Assembly (NCBI GenBank): GCA_963843385.1
Contig: CAWJJY010000003.1
Coordinates: forward strand, 576,014-640,013
Length of the DNA stretch: 64,000 bases
From: an uncultured Acidobacteriota bacterium
GTDB taxonomy: Bacteria > Acidobacteriota > Vicinamibacteria > Vicinamibacterales > JAKQTR01
Direction of reading: 5' to 3'
Below the pieces are notes generated by a model. The model did not search any database. It saw nothing but the letters and a program-made list of their open reading frames with translations, and was not told the DNA's origin. Below, one piece after another: positions 7,015-18,214 of this stretch. The position numbers were made by a program, and so were the translations under genes. Within the stretch, counting starts at the first letter, position 1, and each line of letters opens with the position of its first letter.

Positions 7015-9732
7015 CTACTGCCGTTTCAGGTAGCGCTCGTACAGCGAGCGGTGCTTGTTCGTCAGATCGACGTCCTGCCCGTTGATGATCACGTGCGTCA
7101 CGGGGGTCCTGACTTCGAGAGGATCCCCCTTGGCGATGAGCAGGTTCGCTACCTTGCCCGGCTCGATGCTGCCGATTCGGTCCGCCACGCCGAGGATCTC
7201 CGCCGCGTTGACCGTCAAGGCTCGGATGGCCTCGTCTCGCGGCAGACCCCACGCGACCGACATCGCCGCGTTGTACGGAAGCTGCCGGACGTTGGCGTTG
7301 TCACCGGTGGCGAATGCGAACTTCACGCCTGCGCTGGCCAGCACCGCCGCGGCCTGGTAGCTCGCCGCATGGAATTGATCGTCCCGGGAGGGCGTCGTCA
7401 GGACAGGGCCCAGAATGACTGGAATCGCCTTCTCGGCCAGCAGCGGCGCCACCAGCGCGGCTTCCGGTCCGCTGCAGATGACGATGCGGACCTGAGCGCG
7501 TTCGGCAAACGCCACGGCGTCCCTGATGTCTTCAGCCCGTGTCGCCGTGGTGAACAGCGGCAGGCGCCGATCCGTTACCGGGACCAGCGCCGCGAGCGTC
7601 CAGTCGACCTTTCGATCCGGGCCCGATCCTCTGGCGTACGCGCGGGCCTGATCGAGCAGGCGGATGACGCTCTCGAGCCTGGCGTCCCTGTCCCGTTTGA
7701 GGTCATCGAAGGTGCGCTCAGCGGCGCCGCCCGGAGTGCCGCCGCGCCCACCTCGTCCGGAACCGCCCACGCCGGGGAACTGGAAACTGACACCGGCCAG
7801 CGGCCGCAGCGTGCTTTCCTCCCAGGTCCACCCGTCGAGATTCATCACCGGGATCTGGCCTCCAAGCATGCCGCCATTGGGAAAAATGGCAGCAGTGGTC
7901 ACGCCGTTGTCGCGCGCGACCGGGATCGCGTCGCTGTCGTTGTGATAGGCGACGACCGTGCGGAGCTGCGGGTTGAAATCCAGCATCTCCGTCGTGTCCT
8001 CGTAACCCCGCGGCCCAGGTTCGGCGAGACCGAGCGTCGTGCGCGCGTTGATCCAGCCGGGATAGACCTCGCCGCCGGCTGCGTCGATGACCCGCGCGCC
8101 CGAGGGGACCTGCACTCCGGCGCCGACAGAGGCAATCCGGCCGTCACGGATCACGATCGTCCCGCGTTCGAGGGTTGGCTTGGTCACCGCGACGATCCTC
8201 GCGTTGGTAATCGCGAGCACGCCCTTGGGAGGGGCGGTCGGGTTCATTCGCGGCGTCAGGCCGGGGAACTCTGTCGGGCCAGGAGGAACCGGTGCCCGTG
8301 CTGCCGTCGCGGGGGGGCGGCTCGCTGCAGTGGCGGCTGGGCGGTTAGCCGCCGTCGTGGTGTCTCCGGGCTTGCGGGCCGCGGCGTCGCGATCGATCCT
8401 CTCGGCCGCCACGAGCTCCGACTTCTCCTTCTCGATCCTGGCGACCCGCTCCTGGTCCGCGCGGCGGTCGTAGTAGAGCGTGCCATCGATGTAGGCGCGA
8501 TCGACCACGGCATACGAGCTGAGCGGGTGTTTCGTCCAGATGACGAAGTCCGCGTCCTTGCCCGCTTCGAGCGACCCGACCCGCTTGTCGATGCGGAGCT
8601 GGCGCGCCGGGTTGATCGTGACCAGCTCGATGGCCTGCTGCTCGGTCAGGCCGCCCCAGTGCATCATCTTGGCGGCTTCGGTATTGAGCCTTCGGGCATG
8701 CTCGGCGCTGTCCGAGTTGATCGAAACCAGCACGCCGGCCCGGATCATGAGGGCGGGGCTGTAGGGGATCGCGTCGATCGCCTCGACCTTGAATCCCCAC
8801 CAATCGGTGAACGATCCGACCCCTGCGCCGTGCGCCGCGAGCTCCTTGGCCACCTTGTAGCCCTCGAGACCGTGCTCGAAGGTCGCCACCTTGAAGCCGA
8901 ACTCCTCGGCCACCCGGAGCATCATCAGCATCTCGTCCGCCCGGTACGCGTGGACGTGGGCCAGCCGTTTGCCCTGCATGACCTCGACGAGCGGGTCGAG
9001 CTGCAGGTCCCTCCGCGGTGCGATCACGTCCTCGCCGGCTTTCCGCCGGCGCTCGTAGTCGGCCCACGCCTGCTGGTAGGCTTTCGCGCGCGTGAACGCC
9101 TCTCGAATCACGAACTCGACGCCGGGCCGGCTGGCCGGATAGCGGCGCGGGCCCGTCTGCGCCGACCGCGACAGCTGCTTCGGGTTCTCGCCGAGGGCAA
9201 ACTTCAGCCCGGGAAGGCCGGCGTCGAACACGAGGTCCCCGGCAGCGGCCTTGCCCCAGCGCAGCTTGATCACGGTGTTGGTTCCGCCGATGGGATTGGC
9301 GCTTCCGTGGAACACGCTCGCCACGGTGACGCCGCCGGCGAGGTCGCGGTAGATGCTCACGTCGGTCGGGTCGAGCACGTCGATCACGTTGGTCATCGAG
9401 CTGACCGTCGTCCCGCCCTCGTTGGTCGACTCCTCGGCGATGTGGGAGTGCTCGTCGATGATGCCTGGCATCACGAACATGCCGGCCGCGTCGACCACCT
9501 CGGCACCGGCGGGCATGGTCATCCCCGTGCCGATCGCCGCGATTTTGCCTTCGCGCACGACCATCATGCCGCCCTGAATCGTGCCCTTCGTGACGGTCAT
9601 GATCGTGCCGCCCTTGATCACGAGCGCCCTCGTGACGCGAGATGGTGCCTGCGCCTGCAGATGGCCCGCGGCTGCCAGGGCAGCCGCCAGGACGATCGCC
9701 GCGGGAATTCGCACGATGGGTCGGTCCTTCAC
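7015..9732 (-). CDS. Secreted double amidohydrolase-fold protein (catalytic N half plus HxH-less C half)
   Basis: GTG start with GGGAGGA SD and a signal peptide. The N half has PGIIDEHSHIA. A Pro/Ala/Thr linker separates the halves. The C half reads PGWINARTTLG and is collinear with the 448-aa neighbour. Confidence 0.85.
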   Translation of the reverse strand: MKDRPIVRIPAAIVLAAALAAAGHLQAQAPSRVTRALVIKGGTIMTVTKGTIQGGMMVVREGKIAAIGTGMTMPAGAEVVDAAGMFVMPGIIDEHSHIAEESTNEGGTTVSSMTNVIDVLDPTDVSIYRDLAGGVTVASVFHGSANPIGGTNTVIKLRWGKAAAGDLVFDAGLPGLKFALGENPKQLSRSAQTGPRRYPASRPGVEFVIREAFTRAKAYQQAWADYERRRKAGEDVIAPRRDLQLDPLVEVMQGKRLAHVHAYRADEMLMMLRVAEEFGFKVATFEHGLEGYKVAKELAAHGAGVGSFTDWWGFKVEAIDAIPYSPALMIRAGVLVSINSDSAEHARRLNTEAAKMMHWGGLTEQQAIELVTINPARQLRIDKRVGSLEAGKDADFVIWTKHPLSSYAVVDRAYIDGTLYYDRRADQERVARIEKEKSELVAAERIDRDAAARKPGDTTTAANRPAATAASRPPATAARAPVPPGPTEFPGLTPRMNPTAPPKGVLAITNARIVAVTKPTLERGTIVIRDGRIASVGAGVQVPSGARVIDAAGGEVYPGWINARTTLGLAEPGPRGYEDTTEMLDFNPQLRTVVAYHNDSDAIPVARDNGVTTAAIFPNGGMLGGQIPVMNLDGWTWEESTLRPLAGVSFQFPGVGGSGRGGRGGTPGGAAERTFDDLKRDRDARLESVIRLLDQARAYARGSGPDRKVDWTLAALVPVTDRRLPLFTTATRAEDIRDAVAFAERAQVRIVICSGPEAALVAPLLAEKAIPVILGPVLTTPSRDDQFHAASYQAAAVLASAGVKFAFATGDNANVRQLPYNAAMSVAWGLPRDEAIRALTVNAAEILGVADRIGSIEPGKVANLLIAKGDPLEVRTPVTHVIINGQDVDLTNKHRSLYERYLKRQ

Positions 9733-10002
9733 GCTGTCCTCCCGGTGGATGAGAGATGAATCAGTTCGACGAATTCGTAACAGCCCGCAGAATGCTCGGC
9801 CTACTCTAAGCGATCTGCGCGCAGGTGGGGTGGAAGCGCGCCGAAACCGACCGGGGCAGTCAGCGTGCAGGCTGGGGCCCGGGTGGCGCGAGCGGTTGCG
9901 ACGCTCGGAAGGAGAGACTGGAGAGCGTGTCGGCGGAGCACGGCTCGAGCCTTGCGCTCGAAGCCTGCGGCCGGTGGCTGCTACTCGCTGTCGTCTGGAG
10001 GC

Positions 10003-10079
<77 letters not shown>

Positions 10080-10200
10080 GCATCAGAGAGGCACGATCCT
10101 CGGGTCGTCGTCGCGCGGCCCGTATGTCACCTCGGACCGCCCCGCACCGGATCGTCCGCCGGAAATGTTCGCCCTGGGAGCCCTGACACCAACGAACCGA

Positions 10201-10275
10201 TGGTGGGCGGTACAGGATTCGAACCTGTGACAGCCGGCGTGTAAAGCCGGTGCTCTACCGCTGAGCTAACCGCCC
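10201..10275 (-). tRNA. tRNA-Val (anticodon UAC), CCA encoded
   Basis: GGGCGGTTAGCTCAGCGGTAGAGCACCGGCTTTACACGCCGGCTGTCACAGGTTCGAATCCTGTACCGCCCACCA gives a 7/4/5/5-bp cloverleaf. Confidence 0.95.
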
Positions 10276-10823
10276 GACACGTCACTCCGGCCGCCCGGCA
10301 AAGAGGCAATTGTAGCACGCCCATGTGACAACTGCCACCACCAGCGGACCGATCCGGCGCCTGCCATGAGCCCCACCAGCAACAGTCCTGCGCCTTGCCA
10401 GAAGCCCGGAATTTCGGCCCGAAGACGCGCCAGTTCGGGATGCGCCGGCGGAAACGCGACATCGACCTTCGACCCGGTCGCGTAGGCCGGCGTCGCGCCG
10501 GAAAGCTGCGACGTCACCGTGTACGACCGGCCGCCAAGTTGGAAGGTCACAACCGCCCGATAGGTCTGCGCGACCGACATCACCCGCGGGCCTCGAGGTG
10601 ACTGCGTCACGCCGGGAGCGGGAGAGGTCGGCCGGTACTCCTCCACCTGACGGCTCACCACGCCCTGCGCGATCTGGGCGCCGTAGGTGAGGCGAACGTT
10701 TGGAGCAGCCGACAGCACCGCGTACCCTGCGAGCAACAGGCCGAGGACGAGCACGACTCTGGCGGCGAGGTTCGCAAGACAGCCGGCACGGGTGTCGAAT
10801 CCGCGAAGGACCAGGCGAGGCAC
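10266..10823 (-). CDS. DUF3592-like two-TM membrane protein
   Basis: The pattern is TM, then a beta-rich core (YRAVVTFQLGGRSYTVTS..GSKVDVAF), then TM. A GTG at 10823 sits 7 nt after TACAAT. The 3' end overlaps tRNA-Val by 10 nt, so the C-terminus is uncertain. Confidence 0.5.
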   Translation of the reverse strand: MPRLVLRGFDTRAGCLANLAARVVLVLGLLLAGYAVLSAAPNVRLTYGAQIAQGVVSRQVEEYRPTSPAPGVTQSPRGPRVMSVAQTYRAVVTFQLGGRSYTVTSQLSGATPAYATGSKVDVAFPPAHPELARLRAEIPGFWQGAGLLLVGLMAGAGSVRWWWQLSHGRATIASLPGGRSDVSGG

Positions 10824-10886
10824 GCCGGAGATTGTACCTGCCTTTCGGGCTACACTGGCATCCGCACGACATTTCGGGGACCGGAC

Positions 10887-13187
10887 ATGAGTTGCATGCG
10901 CGTGGCCCGCCGCACGACCTTCGCCGTTGCCCTGCTGGCCGCCATTGCGACTCCTGCCGCCCCGGCATCGGCGCGGTCTGCGCCGCAGGCGACGCGAGCC
11001 GCCCCTCCGGCCACCACGGAACTGCAGGCGGCCGCGGCCAAACCGGCGCGGCCCTCGCTTGGCCTGGCGCTCAGCGGCGGCGCGGCACGCGGCCTGGCGC
11101 ACATCGGCTTCCTGCAGTGGCTCGACGAACATCGCATCCCGGTTGACATGGTCGCCGGCACCAGCATGGGGGCGCTCATCGGCGGAGCGTTCGCTTCCGG
11201 CATGTCTCCCGCGGAGATCCGCGCGTTTGTCAGCTCGGCCGACTGGGGCCACATGCTGTCGATCGACTCGCCGTTTGCCATCAAGTCGTTTCGCCGCAAG
11301 CAGGACGCGCGGGCGTTTCCGACCGACGTCGAGCTCGGGCTCAAGCACGGCATCAGCCTGCCGGGCGGATTCAGCGCCGGACCGCAGATCGACCTGATGC
11401 TCGACCAGCTGGCCCTGCCGTACTTCGATCTCCGCTCGTTCGACGACCTGCCCACTCGATTCCGTTGCGTCGCCGCGGATCTGCGGCGCTCCGAAGTCGT
11501 GATTCTCGGCGCGGGTCCCCTCTCACGTGCGCTGCGAGCGACGATGGCGCTTCCCGGCGTCTTCACGCCGGTGAGAATCGGCGACCAGGTGCTGGTGGAC
11601 GGCGGGGTCCTCAACAACGTTCCAGCCGACGTGACACGCCGCATGGGCGCGGACACGGTCATCGCCGTGGACGTCACCCGCGAGGCGGCCGGGAAGAAAC
11701 GCACCGAGAGCATCGTCTCCATCGTCGGCGATACGGTGCGGACACTCATCGGCGTGGGCACGAGGAAAGCCCTCGAGTCGGCAGACGTGCTGATCGTGCC
11801 CGACCTCACCGGGATCGAGATCTTCGATTTCAGCCGCGCGCTCGATGCCATTCAGCGCGGGTACGACGCCGCTGAGAAAAGCAAGGCGGCGCTGCTGCCT
11901 TTCGCGGTCAGCGACCGGGAGTACGCCGAGTGGGTGGATGGGAGGACATCGCGCCGTCGCACGAAGGTACCCTCGCCGACCTTCATCAGGGTTGAGGGCG
12001 TCGGCACGAATGAAGCCGCCGCCATCACGCGCCGCCTGCGGCGGCACGAGGGCCAGCCAATCGACGTGGCCGGCCTCGCCCGTGACATCACCTCACTCGC
12101 CGGCAACGACCGTTACGAGTCGATTTCGTATCGGCCGGTGATCGACCCGCGCGGGACCGGGCTGCTCGTCACGGTCGAGCCGAAGGCCTACGGGCCGCCG
12201 TTCATGCTGGGGGCGATTGAACTCCAGAACAACGAGGCGCTCCGGCTGGACGCAACGGCCCGGGCGCGCGTGCTGGTCTTCGATCCGCTCGGATCCGGGT
12301 CCGAACTGCGCATCGACGGCGAGGCAGGAACCCGGCTGCAGCTTGGCGCAGAACTGTATCGGCCGTTTGGCGACACCGGCCTGTTCGTCGCGCCGCGGGC
12401 TGAGGTTCGCTATTCGCACCAGAACGTGTTCCGCGGAGATTCGGTCCGATCGGAGTACACAACCGGCGCGGCAGGAGCCGGCGTCGACCTCGGCGTCGAG
12501 CGCGGCATCCACGCCGAGGCGCGCGTGGGCCTCGACGTGCAACGTGTGGTCCGGCGTCTCAACCTGGGCACTCCCGCCATCCCCGACGTCAACGGGACCC
12601 AGCAGTTCGCATCGTTGCGTGTCACCCTCGACTTCCAGGACGATGGGGTGGTGCCGTCGCGTGGAGTCTACGCGCGCGCCGAAGCGCGACAGTACCTCAA
12701 GGGCGCGAGGGTTGAGGGTCAGGAGAGTCCTGGTGCCTTTCGCGAACGCGACAGGCTGCAATCCGTCGAGGTGGACGCGTCGATCTACATCCCGGCCTCC
12801 GCCCGGGGCAGGGTCTTCCTCCGCGGCGCCGCAGGAAGCAGCTTTGGCACCCGAACGATCGTGAACGCCTTTACCCTGGGCGGCCCGTTCAGGATTGGCT
12901 CCATGAATACCGGCGAGTTGCGCGGCAGCAACTACCTGCTCGGCAACGCGGGCTACCTCCACCAGGTCGCGCGGCTGGCCGAAGGTACGCTCGGGACGAT
13001 GTTCGCGGGGGGCTGGGTGGACTACGGCTCGGCCTTCGAAGAGCTCGACGCGGCGAGCTTCAGAGCCTGCTTCAACGGCGGATTGATCATGAGGTCGCCG
13101 CTCGGCCCGGTGTTCCTCGCAGCCGGCGTCGACACGAAGGGGCGCGGCCGCCTTTCGATCGGCGTTGGCACGTTGCTGCACAGGTGA
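10887..13187 (+). CDS. Patatin-like phospholipase fused to POTRA plus an Omp85-type beta barrel (PlpD-like, type Vd autotransporter architecture)
   Basis: Signal peptide. SGGAARG oxyanion motif, GTSMG nucleophile elbow and VDGG catalytic Asp. A POTRA-like segment is followed by a long beta-strand-rich C-terminal region. Confidence 0.85.
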   Translation: MSCMRVARRTTFAVALLAAIATPAAPASARSAPQATRAAPPATTELQAAAAKPARPSLGLALSGGAARGLAHIGFLQWLDEHRIPVDMVAGTSMGALIGGAFASGMSPAEIRAFVSSADWGHMLSIDSPFAIKSFRRKQDARAFPTDVELGLKHGISLPGGFSAGPQIDLMLDQLALPYFDLRSFDDLPTRFRCVAADLRRSEVVILGAGPLSRALRATMALPGVFTPVRIGDQVLVDGGVLNNVPADVTRRMGADTVIAVDVTREAAGKKRTESIVSIVGDTVRTLIGVGTRKALESADVLIVPDLTGIEIFDFSRALDAIQRGYDAAEKSKAALLPFAVSDREYAEWVDGRTSRRRTKVPSPTFIRVEGVGTNEAAAITRRLRRHEGQPIDVAGLARDITSLAGNDRYESISYRPVIDPRGTGLLVTVEPKAYGPPFMLGAIELQNNEALRLDATARARVLVFDPLGSGSELRIDGEAGTRLQLGAELYRPFGDTGLFVAPRAEVRYSHQNVFRGDSVRSEYTTGAAGAGVDLGVERGIHAEARVGLDVQRVVRRLNLGTPAIPDVNGTQQFASLRVTLDFQDDGVVPSRGVYARAEARQYLKGARVEGQESPGAFRERDRLQSVEVDASIYIPASARGRVFLRGAAGSSFGTRTIVNAFTLGGPFRIGSMNTGELRGSNYLLGNAGYLHQVARLAEGTLGTMFAGGWVDYGSAFEELDAASFRACFNGGLIMRSPLGPVFLAAGVDTKGRGRLSIGVGTLLHR

Positions 13188-13198
13188 GCGGGCGCGGG

Positions 13199-14581
13199 TT
13201 ACCAGGTGCGCCTGAGCGGGTGTGCTTCGGTCGTGAACACGACCTGCCCGAGATCCACCGTGCCGGGCGGCGCGTACAGCAGGTAGAGGTACTTGAGCGT
13301 CTCCGCCAGGAAGAAACTGTCCATGTCGTCCCGCGGCTTCTTCGACTCGACATCCTCGAGCGCTGCGTAGCCGACCCCCTGCCGGCACCACCGGTCGAGC
13401 GCATCGAGGTAGACCTGTCCCATCTCGCGGTACTTGCGGTCGCCCGTGTAGGTGAACAGGTAGTACGCCGATTCGATGATCTCCGGACGAAGCGGGTAGC
13501 CTCCCTCGACAATCGTCCATCTCTCGTAGTCGAATCGCTCGGGCTCGATGCCGAAGCGGGTCCACATGAGGTGGCTCGAGTCCTGCAGCCGGCGGCCGCG
13601 GGCCAGATCGCCACCCAGCGCGAGCACGGCTGGAAGAAAGGCGTCCAGCGCGCCGTAGTGCGCGGCGGACAGGTTGCCGGTGTTCATGTCGGCGTGGGCG
13701 TACCAAAGCCGCCCTCCCCGCTCGACCGAGAGGTACCGGTTCACGGCCGCGATGCTCTCGTCGTACATCCGGCGCAGGTCCTGGTCGCCGAAGAGCACAG
13801 AGGCTTTCAGCAGGTACTCGTAGTACGAGTCGATCGCGCCGCTGACATGGCTGTCCGTGGCGGTCCACGCCCCGGTCTCGCAGTTGATGCCTTCGCCGAC
13901 CAGCCCGATGGCCGAGCGCCGCTCGTAGAGCGCCACCAGGGCTTTTCGCGCCTTTTCGTAGTAGATGGGCTTGCCGGTCAGCTTCGCGAGCGTGCCAAAC
14001 TCGAGCAGCAGCGTCCCGACCTCGGCGGGGTTCGTGTTCGGCCCCCTCACGGCTCCGCTCTTCAGGTTGACGAACATGTAGGGCATGCCGGTCGGCGAGT
14101 TGAACGCCGGGAGCAGGCGCCGCCCGAGATCATCGGCCAGCGTCAGCAGCCCCTCGTCGTTGGTCACCTGGTACGACGACAGGAGACCGCCGAGCAGCCG
14201 GATCGTGATCTCGAAGTTCTTGACGAACACGTCCTTGTCGAAGGAGGTCGTCTCGATGATGAAGCGGCGCGCGGCATCGGCCTCGGCGCGCTCGCCCATC
14301 AGGAGCATCGTGTCCAGCGCGTCGATGGGCGTGACGTTCAAAGACACGCCGTACCAGTCCCTGCCGCTCTTCGACAGCGGTTTGAGGAAATCGCGCCCCC
14401 ACGCATACGCCTTGTAGCCTTCCCAACCGTGACGGAACGCCGCCCGGACACGTTGGGCCATCTGATCGGCAGGTGTGGGTGGCGTCTGCGGAATCGGCAG
14501 GTCCAGCGTCGAGGCCGCCAGTAACGCCGTCGCGGCCAGGAGAGCGAACGGAATCGCGAAGGTCCGGGGCTGACGGATCAT
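13199..14581 (-). CDS. Glycoside hydrolase family 47 (class I alpha-1,2-mannosidase-like), secreted
   Basis: Signal peptide. GH47 signatures are LLLEFGTLAKLTGK, DSYYEYLLK and LRPEIIESAYYLFTYTGDRKYRE. Confidence 0.85.
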   Translation of the reverse strand: MIRQPRTFAIPFALLAATALLAASTLDLPIPQTPPTPADQMAQRVRAAFRHGWEGYKAYAWGRDFLKPLSKSGRDWYGVSLNVTPIDALDTMLLMGERAEADAARRFIIETTSFDKDVFVKNFEITIRLLGGLLSSYQVTNDEGLLTLADDLGRRLLPAFNSPTGMPYMFVNLKSGAVRGPNTNPAEVGTLLLEFGTLAKLTGKPIYYEKARKALVALYERRSAIGLVGEGINCETGAWTATDSHVSGAIDSYYEYLLKASVLFGDQDLRRMYDESIAAVNRYLSVERGGRLWYAHADMNTGNLSAAHYGALDAFLPAVLALGGDLARGRRLQDSSHLMWTRFGIEPERFDYERWTIVEGGYPLRPEIIESAYYLFTYTGDRKYREMGQVYLDALDRWCRQGVGYAALEDVESKKPRDDMDSFFLAETLKYLYLLYAPPGTVDLGQVVFTTEAHPLRRTW

Positions 14582-14779
14582 CGTGTGGTGTCCTCGGTCT
14601 CCGGCAGGTGGTGCGTCGCCAACAGCTCCCGGCGAGATACGTGTTGGCCAGGTTCAACTCGAACCATCCGGGAGAGGATACACCGGGCGGGGTGGATCGT
14701 CGCCCCGCCTCCACGGGGCAGGTCCGGACGCCAGTTCCGCGCGGCGGCGGCGACTGCCGACGAAGTCTATAATCCCCGT

Positions 14780-15944
14780 ATGCGTGTGCTCAACGGCCTG
14801 ACCCGGCTGCTCGCCTCCGGACGCCTTCACGGTCTTCGCGTCGGGCTGGTCTGCAACCCGGCGTCGGTCGACGGCCGGATCCGGCACGCGGTCGATCTGG
14901 TGCAGCAGGACGACCAGATCGCCCTCGGCGCGGTCTTCGGCCCCCAGCACGGGTTCCGATCCGATCTCCAGGACAACATGATCGAGTCGCCACACGCGCA
15001 GGATGCGGCGCGGCACGTGCCCGTTTACTCGCTCTATAGCGAGACGCGAGAGCCGACCTCAGGGATGCTGCAGGATCTGGATGTGCTGGTCGTCGACCTG
15101 CAGGACATCGGCGCCCGCATCTACACGTTTGTCTACACCATGGCGAACTGTCTGCGGGCCGGGCGGCGGCACGGCGTGCCCGTCATCGTGTGCGATCGGC
15201 CGAATCCCCTTGGCGGCCTGGCCGTCGAGGGCCCGGTGCTCGTCACCGGGTTTCGAGTCCTTCGTGGGGCAGTTCGCCATCCCCATGCGCCACGGCATGA
15301 CGATTGGCGAGCTGGCCCGGCTGTTCAACGACCACTTCGGCATCGGGGCCGACCTCGACGTGGTGCAGATGGAGGGGTGGGAGCGGCCGATGTACTTCGA
15401 CCAGACGGGCCTTCCCTGGGTCATGCCCTCCCCCAACATGCCGACGCTCGACACGGCCGTCGTGTATCCGGGTGCCGTGCTCTTCGAGGGCACAGAGCTG
15501 TCGGAGGGGCGCGGGACCACGCGGCCGTTCGAAATGCTCGGGGCGCCATGGATCGACGGCGATCGGTTCGCCGCCGACATGAATGCCCTCGGCCTGGAGG
15601 GCGTCCATTTCCGGCCGGTCGTCTTCGAGCCGACCTTCCAGAAGCACGCCGGGCGCACCTGCGGCGGATGCCAGATTCACGTCGTGGACCGTGAGCGGTT
15701 CAAGCCGGTGCTGGCGGGAGCGGCCCTGCTGGCCCGGTTCCATGCGGCCGATCCGATCCGATTTGCCTGGCGCCAGCCGCCCTACGAGTACGAGCACGAG
15801 AGGATGCCAATCGATATCCTTGCGGGGTCGTCGGAATTGCGGGCGCAGATCGAGTCGGGCGTCTCGCCCCAGGCCATCGCGGAGAGCTGGCGCGACGAGG
15901 TGCGGGAGTTCAGGCAGATCAGGGAGAAGTACCTGATTTATTAG
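14780..15944 (+). pseudogene. DUF1343 / NamZ-like exo-muramidase family gene interrupted by a 1-nt frameshift
   Basis: The N part (frame of 14780) runs to ..DRPNPLGGLAVEGPVLVTG. The C part (frame of 15003) resumes at FESFVGQFAIPMRHGMTIGELA. The junction is at gggtttcgag (15248-15257). Confidence 0.8.
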
Positions 15945-16089
15945 GGGCTCGGGGTTCCATTCAGTCGTCGATCCGGTTAGGATGGCTCCATACTGCTCCT
16001 GAATTCCGGGTGCCCGTCTGTCTGGCGCTGGCGAGACGGCGACTGGTGGCTGTGCCCGAACGGGCACGTTCCTCGAGAAGGATGGATCC

Positions 16090-17943
<1,854 letters not shown>

Positions 17944-17946
17944 GGG

Positions 17947-18009
17947 CGGCTGGCGGCTGGCGACTGGCGGCTGGCGACTGGCGACCGGCGACCGGCGGCT
18001 GGAGGCTGG
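17947..18009. repeat. Heptanucleotide tandem array, 9 units of CGRCYGG
   Basis: Units are cggctgg, cggctgg, cgactgg, cggctgg, cgactgg, cgaccgg, cgaccgg, cggctgg, aggctgg. The array starts 3 nt after the cstA TAA. Confidence 0.9.
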
Positions 18010-18214
18010 CGGCGAATGACCGATCGCTGCCGGCCCGAGCCCGTGCCGGCAGCTCGACGCTTCGGGGTTCCATCTTTTCCCCATTCCGACTAGGATTCTG
18101 CTGGTACGGCGGTGATGACGCAGGTCCGGGTCTGCCCGGAGCGACGGACTTGCCGCCGTCTCACTCGTGATTTCGTTCGCCCCCACCACACTCCTGCTCC
18201 TGAGACGAGGACGT

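Noticed and set aside
10824-11348. N-terminal 175-codon extension of the DUF3592-like ORF.
   Set aside because: The extension overlaps the patatin gene on the opposite strand, its composition is not protein-like, and the TM start of the family fits a GTG at 10823.
15251-15256. Programmed +1 ribosomal frameshifting at UUU-CGA (and at GGG-CGA, 27276-27281 on the minus strand), since both +1 sites share a slippery codon followed by CGA-G.
   Set aside because: CGA is read in frame as an ordinary Arg codon elsewhere in the same gene (for example 14957-14959, in ggg ttc cga). There is no stimulatory SD-like element at proper spacing. The third broken gene needs a -1 shift at a non-slippery site. 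Homopolymer indels are the simpler explanation.
17947-18009. Possible CRISPR array or coding repeat.
   Set aside because: The units are 7 nt with no spacers, so this is not a CRISPR array. The period is not a multiple of 3 and the array lies outside any supported ORF.
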